Assembly (NCBI GenBank): GCA_038087875.1
Contig: CM075988.1
Location: forward strand, 19,408,001 to 19,472,000
Length of the DNA stretch: 64,000 nt
Direction of reading: 5' to 3'
Origin: Malacoraja senta
Lineage: Eukaryota
This document shows, piece by piece, positions 53,449-64,000 of the stretch. Every line of letters begins with the position of its first letter. Within the stretch, counting starts at the first letter, position 1. The notes under the pieces are model-generated. The model had not been told where the DNA came from and did not search any database. It saw nothing but the letters and a program-made list of their open reading frames with translations. Position numbers and translations under genes: made by a program.

Positions 53449-54791
53449 GGTGGAACAGCAATGGCAGGAATGTCTGGGCATAATCCGGAAGACGCAGGAT
53501 CATTTCATTCCAAAAAGGAAGAAAGATTCTAAGGGGAGTAGGAGGCAACCGTGGCTGACAAGACAAGTTAGGGATAGAATAAAACTAAAAGAAAAGATGT
53601 ATAACACAGCAAAGAGTAGCTGGAAGCCCGAGGATTGGGAAACTTTCATAGGACAACAGAAGGAAACAAAACGGGCAATACGGGCTGATAAGATGAAGTA
53701 CGAGGGGAAGCTGGCCAGGAATATAAAGAAGGACAGTAAAAGCTTCTTTAGATATGTTAAGGGAAAAAGAGTAGCAAAGTCAAATGTGGGTCCCTTGAAG
53801 GCAGACACGGGTGAAATTATTATGGGCAGTAAGGAAATGGCAGAAGAGTTGAATAGGTACTTCGGATCTGTCTTCACTAAAGAAGACACAAACAATCTCC
53901 CAGATGTACTGGAGGACAGAGGATCTAAGGGGGTAGAGGAACTGAAAGAAATTTTCATTGGGCGAGAAATAGTATTGGGTAGGCTAATGGGACTGAAGGA
54001 TCATAAATCCCCTGGGCCTGATGGTCTGCATCCCAGGGTCCTCAGGGAGGTGGGAGGTACAGCGAGACCTGGGTGTCCTTGTACACCAGTCACTGAAAGT
54101 TGGCGTGCAGGTACAGCAGGCAGTGAAGAAAGCTAATGGAATGTTGGCCTTCATAACAAGAGGATTTCAGTATAGGAGTAAAGAGGTTCTTCTGCAGTTG
54201 TATAGGGCTCTGGTGAGACCACATCTGGAGTATTGTGTACAGTTTTGGTCTCCTAACTTGAGGAAGGACATCCTTGTGATTGAGGCAGTGCAGCATAGGT
54301 TCACGAGATTGATCCCTGGGATGGCGGGACTATCATATGAGGAAAGATTGAAAAGACTAGGCTTGTATTCACTGGAGTTTAGAAGGATGAGGGGTTATCT
54401 TATGGAAACATATAAAATTATAAAAGGACTGGACAAGCTAGATGCAGCAAAAAAAATTCCCAATGTTGGGCGAGTCCAGAACCAGGGGCCACAGTCTTAG
54501 AATAAAGGGGAGGTCATTTAAGACTGTTGAGAAAAAACGTTTTCACCCAGAGAGTTGTGAATTTATGGAATTCCCTGCCACAGAGGGCAGTGGAGGCCAA
54601 ATCACTGGATGGATTTAAGAGAGAGTTAGATAGAGCCCTAGGGGCTAGTGGAGTCAAGGGATATGGGGAGAAGGCAGGCACGGGTTATTGATGGGGGACG
54701 ATCAGCCATGATCACAATGAATGGCGGTGCTGGCTCGAAGGGCTGAATGGCCTCCTCCTGCACCTATTTTCTATGTTTCTATGTTTCTATG
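53449..54791 (+). mobile_element. Copy 2 of the truncated CR1: no PLE insertion, 796-bp internal deletion
   Basis: Empty site caatctcccagatgtactggagg. Junction ctcagggaggtgggaggtacagcg joins copy 1 positions 17227 and 18024. Confidence 0.93.
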
Positions 54792-55542
54792 AGATAAGAA
54801 GAAAATGAGAGGAAATGTGAAGTCAGAAAAAAAAGGGCAAAGTTTGAAGGGGATGGGAAGAAGGGGAAAGGGGGGAGTGGGATTGTGGAAGAAAATGGGT
54901 TCACAGCCAGGTGGGGCACAGGGAAGAGAGGGAGGAAAATGGGGGGGGGAGGTATTTGTAGGTTAGATACCTAAAATTGGAGATTTCACTATTTATACCA
55001 TTGGGTTATAGGTGCCACAATGGGATGAGGTACTGTACCCCCAGTTTGATATGTCCTCACAGCATTACTCTAGTGTACAGAGAATATAGTGTAACATAGA
55101 AGTGGTGTGAACAGGTGATCTATAGCCAAAAAACTGAGACCTCTACCAGCCAAGGATTTAGGATAGTAGGTAAAAGGGAAAACACTATCTTCAGGTTCCC
55201 AATTCAATTCCAACTCAATCTCCATCCTGTAGTAAAATCTTACTGTAAGTAGTAAAATCTTACTGTAAGTAGTAAAAAAAAGTACAGGTACAGTAATGGA
55301 ATAAGTGAATGAGGTAACGTTAAGAGTAAGAGTTAAGAGCTACTGTTGTAATACGGCAGTGGTTTTATGGGAGTACGTGCCAGTAGGGCATGCCAGTACC
55401 TCTAAAAAGATGAGCTGAATGGCCTAATTCTGCTCCTGTGCTTTATAATCTTGGTGAAACATGGCACGATATTTATCATTGATGGTCAAACTGGGTCTTC
55501 TTTCGCTTGCGGAGGTGAGGCTGAAGGGTGACTAGCAGTCTT

Positions 55543-56801
55543 GCACGTGGGAGTTCTTGTCTCACAAATCTGATTAGAGTTTTTTGAAGATGTGACCAAA
55601 AAGGTCGATGAGGGCAGAGCTGTAGATGTTGTGTACATGGATTTCAGTAAGTCATTCGACAAGGTTCCGCATGGTATGCTGCTCTGGAAGGTTAGATCGC
55701 ATGGGATCCAAGGAGAGATAGCTGAATGGATAGCAAATTGGCTCCATGGAAGGAAGCAGAGGGTGATGGTGGAAGGTTGCTTCTCAGACTGGAGGCCTGT
55801 GACTAGTGGTGTACCTCAGAGTTTGGTGCTGAGCCCGTTACTGTTTGTCATCTACATCAATGATTTGGATGAGACCATTCAGGACAAGATTAGCAAGTTT
55901 GCTGAAGATACAAAAGTGAGTGGTTTTGCAGATAGTGAAGATGGTTGTGAAAGATTGCAGCAGGATCTCGATCGATTGGCCAGGTGGGCAGAGGAATGGT
56001 TGATGGAATTTAATACAGAGAAGTGTGAGGTGTTGCATTTTGGGATGTCGAACAAGGGCAGGAACTACACAGGTAGGCCTCTGAGTAGTGTTGTAGAGCA
56101 GAGGGATCTAGGAGTACAGGTGCATGGTTCCTTGAAGTTCGAGTCACAGGTAGATAAGGTGGTCAAAAAGGCTTTTGGCACATTGGCCTTCATCAGTCAG
56201 AGTATTGAGAAGAGAAGTTGGGAGGTCATGTTGCAGTTGTATAAGACATTGGTGAGCGCATTTAGAATATTGTGCTCAGTTCTGGGCACCATGTTATAGG
56301 GAAGATGTTGTCAAGCTTGAAAGGGTTCAGAAAAGATTTACGAGGATGTTGCCAGGGCTAGAGGGTGTGAGCTAGAGGGAGAGGTTGAGTAGACTGGGTC
56401 TCTATTCCATGGAGCACAGGAGGATGAGGGGGGATCTTATAGAGGTGCACAAAATGATGAGAGGAATAGATCGGGTAGATGCACAGAGTCTTTTACCCAG
56501 AGTAGGGGAATCAAGGACCAGAAGACGTAGGTTCAAGGTGAAGGGGAAAAGATTTAATAGGAATCCGAGGGGTAACTTTTTCACAAACAAGCTGCCAGAG
56601 GTGGTAGTTGAGGCTGCGACTATCCCATCGCTTAAGAAACAGTAAGACAGGTACATGGATAGGACAGGTTTGGAGGGATATGGACCAAACGCAGGCAAGT
56701 GGACCAGTGTAGCTGAGACATTGTTGGCCGGTGTTGGCAAGTTGGGCCGAAGGGCCTGTTTCCACACTGTATCACTCCATGCCTCTATGACTTTGACTCT
56801 A
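55543..56801 (+). mobile_element. Copy 2 of the second CR1 fragment
   Basis: 235-aa RT ORF at 55592..56299, lacking the small deletions seen in copy 1. Confidence 0.9.
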
Positions 56802-57791
56802 ACATGAAAAGGTTTGATGGGACAGATAGGAGAAAGAGATAGATCAATCATGATTGAATTGCGGAGTAGACTTGATGGGCCAAATGGTGTAATTCTGCAC
56901 CTATTACTTATGACCTTATGGATGCAGAGATGTTTCCAGGTGTGGGGTAGTGTATAACTCGAGGCTGTCAATGGAAAAGGGTCACCAAGACATATGACAG
57001 GGAATTTAGTACGTCCTTACCAAAGAACAGGGAGAATGTGAAGTATGCTTGTACAGGGAATGATCGAGGTGAAAAATGTGGTCACATGAAAGGGAGACTG
57101 GATGAGCAAGTAACTGAACAGGGAGCAGAGGATCACAGTTATAGGTTTCAGTGAGGAAGGAATGGGAGAGTGCAGCGTAAATGCCAGCACACTCTAATCG
57201 TGCCGTGTGCCCTGTGATTTTAGCAATCTCATCTCCTGGGTCAAGGTAAAATCAGTTTGAGCAGATAATGACAGAATTTTCTGCAGAGGAGGCAGATTGC
57301 CAGAGAGTATCTATGAGCGATCTCTGCAACAGGCAGCTGTAACATCAATGAACATCAGTAACACGGCTGTGCAGGATGTGAGTTACAGCTGATATCAGCC
57401 AGAGAGGAAGTAACACTGATCAATTTAAGCCCCGCTTACTTATCACGCAACTGCTAATATACGCGATTCCACACTGACATTTTATCTAAAGTATTCTTCA
57501 GTCATAGACTCTTAGAGTCGTTGGTTGAACTCAGGACTTAGTTTTTTGCACCAGTGTTACGGTTATTAATTTCTTGAATTTATTATATATTAAATATATT
57601 ATACATTATTATACATATGTGGGTATTAAATATATGGGCCAACAAAAATGCCACAAGTGAGAAATTCATTGTACTGTTTTCATTAAAAATTACAATTGAT
57701 TCTTCAATGTTAGAACCATAGTTTCATACAGCACAGAACCAGGCCCTTCGACCCAACTCGTCTTGCCAACCAAGGGACACCTAAGCTAGTC

Positions 57792-60700
57792 AGGGGAAGG
57801 CAGCAGCAGCCAAGTTCATGGCACCATGGATGGCTCTGCGGCACAGGAGGGGAGGAAAAAGAGTGGAAGGGCCATAGTAATAGGGGGGTTCAATTGTAAG
57901 GAGAATAGATAGGCGTTTCTGCGGCCGCAAACGAGACTCCAGGATGGTATGTTGCCTCCCTGGTGCAAGGGTCAGGGATGTCACTGAACGGCTGCAGAAC
58001 ATTCTGGAGGGGGAGGGTGAACAGCCAGCTGTCGTGGTGCACATTGGCACCAACGATATAGGTAAAAAAGGGGATGAGGTCCTACAAGGCGAATTTAGGG
58101 AGCTAGGAGATAAACTTAAAAGTAGGACCTCAAAGGTAATAATCTCTGGATTATTGCCAGTGCCACGTGCCAGTCAGAGTAGAAATAGGAGAACATTGGA
58201 GATGAATACGTGGCTTGAAAAATAGTGCAAAGGGGAGGGATTCAAATTTCTAGGGCATTGGAACCAGTTCTGTGGGAGGTGGGACCAGTACAAACAGGAC
58301 GGTCTGCACCTGGGCTGGAATGGAACCAATGTCCTTGGGGGAGTGTTTGCTAGTGCTGTCGGGGAGGATTTAAACTAATGTGGCAGGGGAATGGGAGCAT
58401 GAGTAGAGAGACAGACGGGTGTAAAATGAGGGTAGAAGCAACAGGTAGCAAGGTGAAAAGTAAAAGTGGCAGGCAGAAAAATCCAGGGCAAAAATCAAAA
58501 AGGGCCACTTTTCAACATAATTGTATAAGGGGTAAGAGTGTTGTAAAAACAAGCCTGAAGGCTTTGTGTCTCAATGCAAGGAGCATTCGTAATAAGGTGG
58601 ATGAGTTGAATGTGCAGATAGTTATTAATGAATATGATATAGTTGGGATCACGGAGACATGGCTCCAGGGTGACCAAGGCTGCGAGCTGAACATCCAGGG
58701 ATATTCAATATTCAGGAGGGATAGACAGAAAGGAAAAGGAGGTGGCGCAGCGTTGCTGGTTAGAGAGAAGATTAACGCAATAGAAAGGAAGGACATTAGC
58801 TTGGAGGATGTGGAATCGATATGGGTAGAGCTACGAAACACTAAGGGGCAGAAAACGCTAGTGGGAGTTGTGTACAGGCCACCTAACAGTAGTAGTGGAG
58901 TTGGGGATGGCATCAAACAGGAAATTAGAAATGCGTGCAACAAAGCTAAAACAGTTATAATGGGTGACTTCAATCTACATATAGATTGGGTGAATCAAAT
59001 TGGCAGGGGTGCTGAGGAAGAGGATTTCTTGGAATGTATGCAGGATAGTTTTCTAAACCAACATGTAGAGGAACCAACGAGAGAACAGGCTATTCTAGAC
59101 TGGGTATTGAGTAATGAGGAAGGGTTGGTTAGCAGTCTTGTTGTGCTTGGGCAAGAGTGACCATAATATGGTTGAGTTCTTCATTAGGATGGAAAGTGAC
59201 ATCGTTAATTCAGAAACAAGGGTTCTGAACTTAAAGAAGGGTAACTTTGAGGGTATGAGACATGAATTGGCCAAGATAGACTGGCAAGTGATTCTTAAAG
59301 GGTTGATGGTGGATATGCAATGGAAGCAATTTAAAGACTGCGTGGATGAACTACAACAATTGTTCATCCCAGTTTGGCAAAAGAATAAATCAGGGAAGGT
59401 AGCGCATCCGTGGATAACAAGGGAAATCAGGGATAGTATCAAACCAAAAGATGAAGCATACAAATTAGCCAGAAAAAGCAGCCTACCAGAGGACTGGGAG
59501 AAATTCAGTCCAGCAGAGGAGGACAAAGGGCTTAATTAGGTAAGGGAAAATAGATTATGAAAAAAAACTGGCATGGAACATAAAAACTGACTGCAAAAGC
59601 TTTTATAGATATGTGAAAAGAAAAGGATTAGTTAAAACAAATGTAGGTCCCTTGCAGTCAGAAACTGGTGAATTGATCATGGGGAACAAGGATATGGCAG
59701 ACCAATTGAATAACTACTTTGGTTCTGTCTTCACTAAGGAAGATATAAATAATCTGCCGGAAATAGCAGGGGACCGGGGGTCAAATGAGATGGAGGAACT
59801 GAGTGAAATCCCGGTTAGCCGGGAAGTGGTGTTAGGTAAATTGAATGGATTAAAGGCCGATAAATCCCCAGGGCCAGACAGGCTGCATCCCAGAGTAGTT
59901 AAGGAAGTTGCCCCAGAAATAGTGGATGCATTAGTGATAACTTTTCAGAACTCTTTAGATTCTGGAGTAGTTCCTGAGGATTGGAGGGTAGCTAATGTTA
60001 CCCCACTTTTTAAAAAGGGAGGGAGAGAGAAAATGGGGAATTACAGACCAGTTAGTCTAACATCGGTTGTGCGGAAGCTGCTAGAGTCAGTTATTAAAGA
60101 TGGGATAGCAGCACATTTGGAAAGTGGTGAAATCATTGGACAGTCAGCATGGATTTATGAAAGGTAAATCATGTCTGACGAATCTTATAGAATTTTTCGA
60201 GGATGTAACCAGTAGAGTGGATAAGGGAGAACCAGTGGATGTATTATATCTGGACTTTCAGAAGGCTTTCGACAAGGTCCCACATAAGAGATTAGTATGC
60301 AAACTTAAAGCACACGGTATTGGGGGTTCAGTATTGATGTGGATAGAGAATTGGCTGGCAGACAGGAAGCAAAGAGTAGGAGTAAACGGGTCCTTTTCAG
60401 AATGGCAGGCAGTGACTAGTGGGGCACCGCAAGGCTCAGTGCTGGGACCCCAGCTATTTACAATGTATGTTAATGATCTGGGTGAGGGAATTGAATGCAA
60501 CATCTCCAAGTTTGCGGATGACACGAAGCTGGGGGGCAGTGTTAGCTGTGAGGAGGATGCTAGGAGGCTGCAAGGTGACTTGGATAGGTTGGGTGAGTGG
60601 GCAAATGCATGGCAGATGCAGTATAATGTGGATAAATGTGAGGTTATCCACTTTGGCGGCAAAAACAGGAAAGTAGACTATTATTTGAATGGTGGCCGAT

Positions 60701-61446
60701 TAGGAAAAGGGGAGATGCAACGAGATCTGGGTTTCATGATACACCAGTCATTGAAAGTATGCATGCAGGTGCAGCAGGCAGTGAAGAAAGCGAATGGTAT
60801 GTTAGCATTCATAGCAAAAGGATTTGAGTATAGGAGCAGGGAGTTTCTACTACAGTTGTACAGGGTCTTGGTGAGACCACACCTGGTGTATTGCGTACAG
60901 TTTTGGTCACCAAATCTGAGGAAATACATTCTTGCCATAGAGGGAGTACAGAGAAGGTTCACCAGACTGATTCCTGGGATGGCAGGACTTTCATATGAAG
61001 AAAAACTGGATAGACTCGGCTTGTACTCGCTAGAATTTAGAAGATTGAGGGGGGGATCTTATAGAAACTTACAAGATTCTTAAGGGGTTGGACAGGCTAG
61101 ATGCAGGAAGATTGTTCCCTGATGTTGGGGAAGTCCAGAACAAGGGGTCACAGTTTAAGGATAAGGGGGAAGTCTTTTAGGACCGAGATGAGAAAATATT
61201 TTTTCACACAGAGAGTGGTGAATCTGTGGAATTCTCTGCCACAGAAGGTAGTTGAGGCCAGTTCATTGGCTATATTTAAGAGGGAGTTAGATGTGGCCCT
61301 TGTGGCTAAAGGGATCAGGGGGTATGGAGAGAAGGCAGGTACAGGATACTGAGTTGGATGATCAGCCATGATCATATTGAATGGCGGTGCAGGCTCGAAG
61401 GGCCGAATGGCCTACTCCTGCACCTATTTTCTATGTTTCTATGTTT
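57792..61446 (+). mobile_element. Copy 2 of the near full-length CR1
   Basis: Offset 36076; same TSD and same frameshifts. Confidence 0.95.
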
Positions 61447-62066
61447 CTAGTCCCATCTGCCTGCATTCAACCAATATCCCTTTAACTATTTCCTATGCAG
61501 ATACCTGCTTAACTGGCTCTTAAATGTTAATATTATACCTGCCTCAGCTTCATCTAAGAGCTCGTTCCCAATGCCCACTATCCTGTTTGAAAAAATGCCC
61601 GTCAGGCTCCTATTGAATCATTCCCCTCTCACCATAAACCTATGCCCTTGATTCCCCAACCCCAGGATAAAGTCTCTGTGCATTCACCCCATCTATTCCC
61701 TCATGATTTCATAAACCTAAAATCTCCCCTCAGCCTCATGTTCTTCCAGGAATAAAGTCCTAGCCTGCCCAACCTCTCCCTGTAGCTCAGGCCCTCAAGT
61801 CCTGGCCACATCCTTGTAAATCTTCTCTTTCCTCAGCCCATTTTACATTGATCTTCACTGCAAGCCCGAAAGCTTCCACTGTGCACACACCATTCCCTGG
61901 AGGGAAACCTGTTCCTTGCCCACACCCTCACTGAGTGAAAATCGTGCATCTATACATTGTAAATCAAGTATCTATCATTGGCAGACACTCGAAATGAGTA
62001 TGACTGTCCTCTCATGGAGGACGCCTGTGCGTGACTTTGTTTAACGTGGGGAGACTGGTGCACAGA

Positions 62067-62556
62067 TGAAAGAGTTAGTTATTAATTGATTGTTCTCATA
62101 TTTAAGCCTTCCTGTTGTAAAAGGCCAATTGTAATGCATGATGGGATTTGGAGAACTCCTATCATGCCAGGTTTTTTTCTTTTAAGTTGAAAAGTTCACA
62201 GCTCTCTTGCAAGTTTTTTTAGGTAAGTTGAAGAGGTTAATCAGATAAGAAGGGGCCCAGAGGATGCCATTTGGGATGACTGGCTTTTGGCAAAGAGTGA
62301 AAAACAACTCCATATTTGGAGGTGGATGATGGTTTTTGTACATTACATCGTGCAATTGGTTTTATATCTGTACGTATATAAACTCTGGAGATTCTGTACG
62401 TATATTTTATATCTGTACGTATATAAACTGCTGGAGATTCAGACGTGAAACTGTTGCCTCTGGGTCTCTAGGTCTGCACCCGTCAGACGTTAAATTAAAG
62501 CTTTGTATGGTCTAAAGAATTTGTACTTTGTCTATCTTTCTAAGTGAACTTTTTCA
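62067..62556 (+). mobile_element. Copy 2 of the solo LTR
   Basis: Same termini and caga TSD. Confidence 0.82.
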
Positions 62557-64000
62557 CAGACAGCCACCCCATCTGTCCTTGACAGATCTGGGTCAGGATC
62601 CAGTGGCATGGAGTCCAAGGCAACCAGAGACCCTTTTCTGCTGCAGCCTTCATCCGCCTTCCCAGCCGTTGTGACACTCCACTAAAGTCAGCCATCATCC
62701 TCTGCCTGTTCCACCGTTGAGGTCTTGGTTGGATTGCTCTTTCTCAGAGACCTCCCCCTCGACCTTACCACCATGGATGGCCCGACCAGGAGCAAAGCTC
62801 CAGACGGCATCGCTCTCAGGATCTCAGGACCACACAAGCTTCTCCACCACGACAAGGTGACAATCCACGTGGGAGAAATCGAGGCTCGATTGTAATCATG
62901 TATTGTCTTTCCGCCGACCTGGTTAGCACGCAACAGAAGCCTTTCACTGTACCTCGATGTGTTAGGAGACGGCACATGAGTGAGTTTCTCCACTTGAACA
63001 CACATTTTGGCACAGTCAGGAGGAGAGCAGTTATTGATCTGCAGCCGAAGAAGCAATCAATTCTCATTCGATTGAATTATACCCAACGCCCACCAACAAC
63101 GTTATAAAAACCAAGAACAACGAGATGAGCCGTGCAAACAAACGGCATGGGAATATGGAGCCTGGCACCAGCCATCCATTACTGCAAACTAATTGTTGCA
63201 TAATATGATTACATTCACAAGAAGTCAGGACTGCCACTTTATCCGCGGTTTAACAGTCCTTTATACGGAACTATAATGGAGTGGTTAAGGTTACTGTAAT
63301 CAGTTAATGCACTTAGCTGTCATAAACTGCCACAACATATTGCTAACAGCATTCATTTTGTATAAGCCAAGTGAGCACACACTGCTTACAATGGTTGCTG
63401 TTAACTGATTCAAGGTTTGCTGGAGGTTCAAAGCGGTGTTTGTTGAAATGTTACTCATCATTCATTGAAAAAAAAAACAGACGCTTTAATTACTCCTTGG
63501 ATTCAGACTAATAGAATTTCCATGGCTGTTGTACAAGTCTAATTTGTGTTGCAACCAATTATCTAATTACGCTGCTTGCAAATAGAATGGTTGCTCTGAG
63601 ACAAAAGGAACTGCAGGCACTGGAGTCTAAAGAAAAATACAAAGTGCTGGAGGAACTCAGCACGTCAGGCAGCATCTATGGAGAGAATGGACAGACAATG
63701 TTTCAGGTCGGGACCCTTCATCGGACACAAAATGTTGCTAGTTTTAACAATAAGCACATTTAAAAGATTTTCGGACAGGTACATGGACAGGAAAGGTTTT
63801 AAAGGAAAGGGGGGCAAATTATTATTTATACAGTATATTATATATTATATAAATTATCATTTATTATTGTCACGTGTACCGACATACAGTGAAAACCTTT
63901 TTTTTGTTGCGTGCTATCCAGTCAGCGAAAAGACTATAGTTCATTAAAATCACGCCATCCACAGTGTACAGATACAGGATGAAGGGAATGATTAGTGCAA

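Larger units (their letters stand above)
37966..64000 (+). repeat. Copy 2 of the large direct duplication
   Basis: Collinear, near-identical match to 1..27923. Lacks the PLE insertion and has a 796-bp CR1 deletion. Confidence 0.98.

Noticed and set aside
53384..54500. Novel 250-aa and 159-aa ORFs in copy 2
   Set aside because: Chimeric frames created by the PLE/CR1 junction and the CR1 internal deletion.

Overview
Eukaryotic genomic DNA, most likely from a cartilaginous fish (skate/ray-like), inferred from its repeats: CR1 LINEs with (TTTCTATG)n tails, HE1-like tRNA-derived V-SINEs, Rex1/Babar fragments and Penelope-like element (PLE) derivatives. I cannot support any host protein-coding gene; the long ORFs are retroelement remnants. 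The dominant structure is a near-identical direct duplication, 1..27923 = 37966..64000 (period about 38 kb), with a 200-N scaffold gap (33247..33446) at the expected junction. That fits an uncollapsed haplotype overlap better than a true tandem duplication. The copies differ by real structural variants: a young Neptune-type PLE insertion with a 13-bp TSD only in copy 1, and a 796-bp CR1 deletion only in copy 2. The 3' end of that PLE carries a minimal hammerhead-ribozyme-like motif, and the same motif is the core of many 100-240 bp, often palindromic, TSD-flanked mini-elements across the window. Other elements with defined ends: a 490-bp retrovirus-like solo LTR inside a bipartite RTE-derived element, a Vingi/Ingi-type LINE fragment, a hAT-type non-autonomous element, a 1041-bp TIR element with a 7-bp TSD, and a near full-length CR1. 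All calls come from reading the sequence by eye; no database searches were run.
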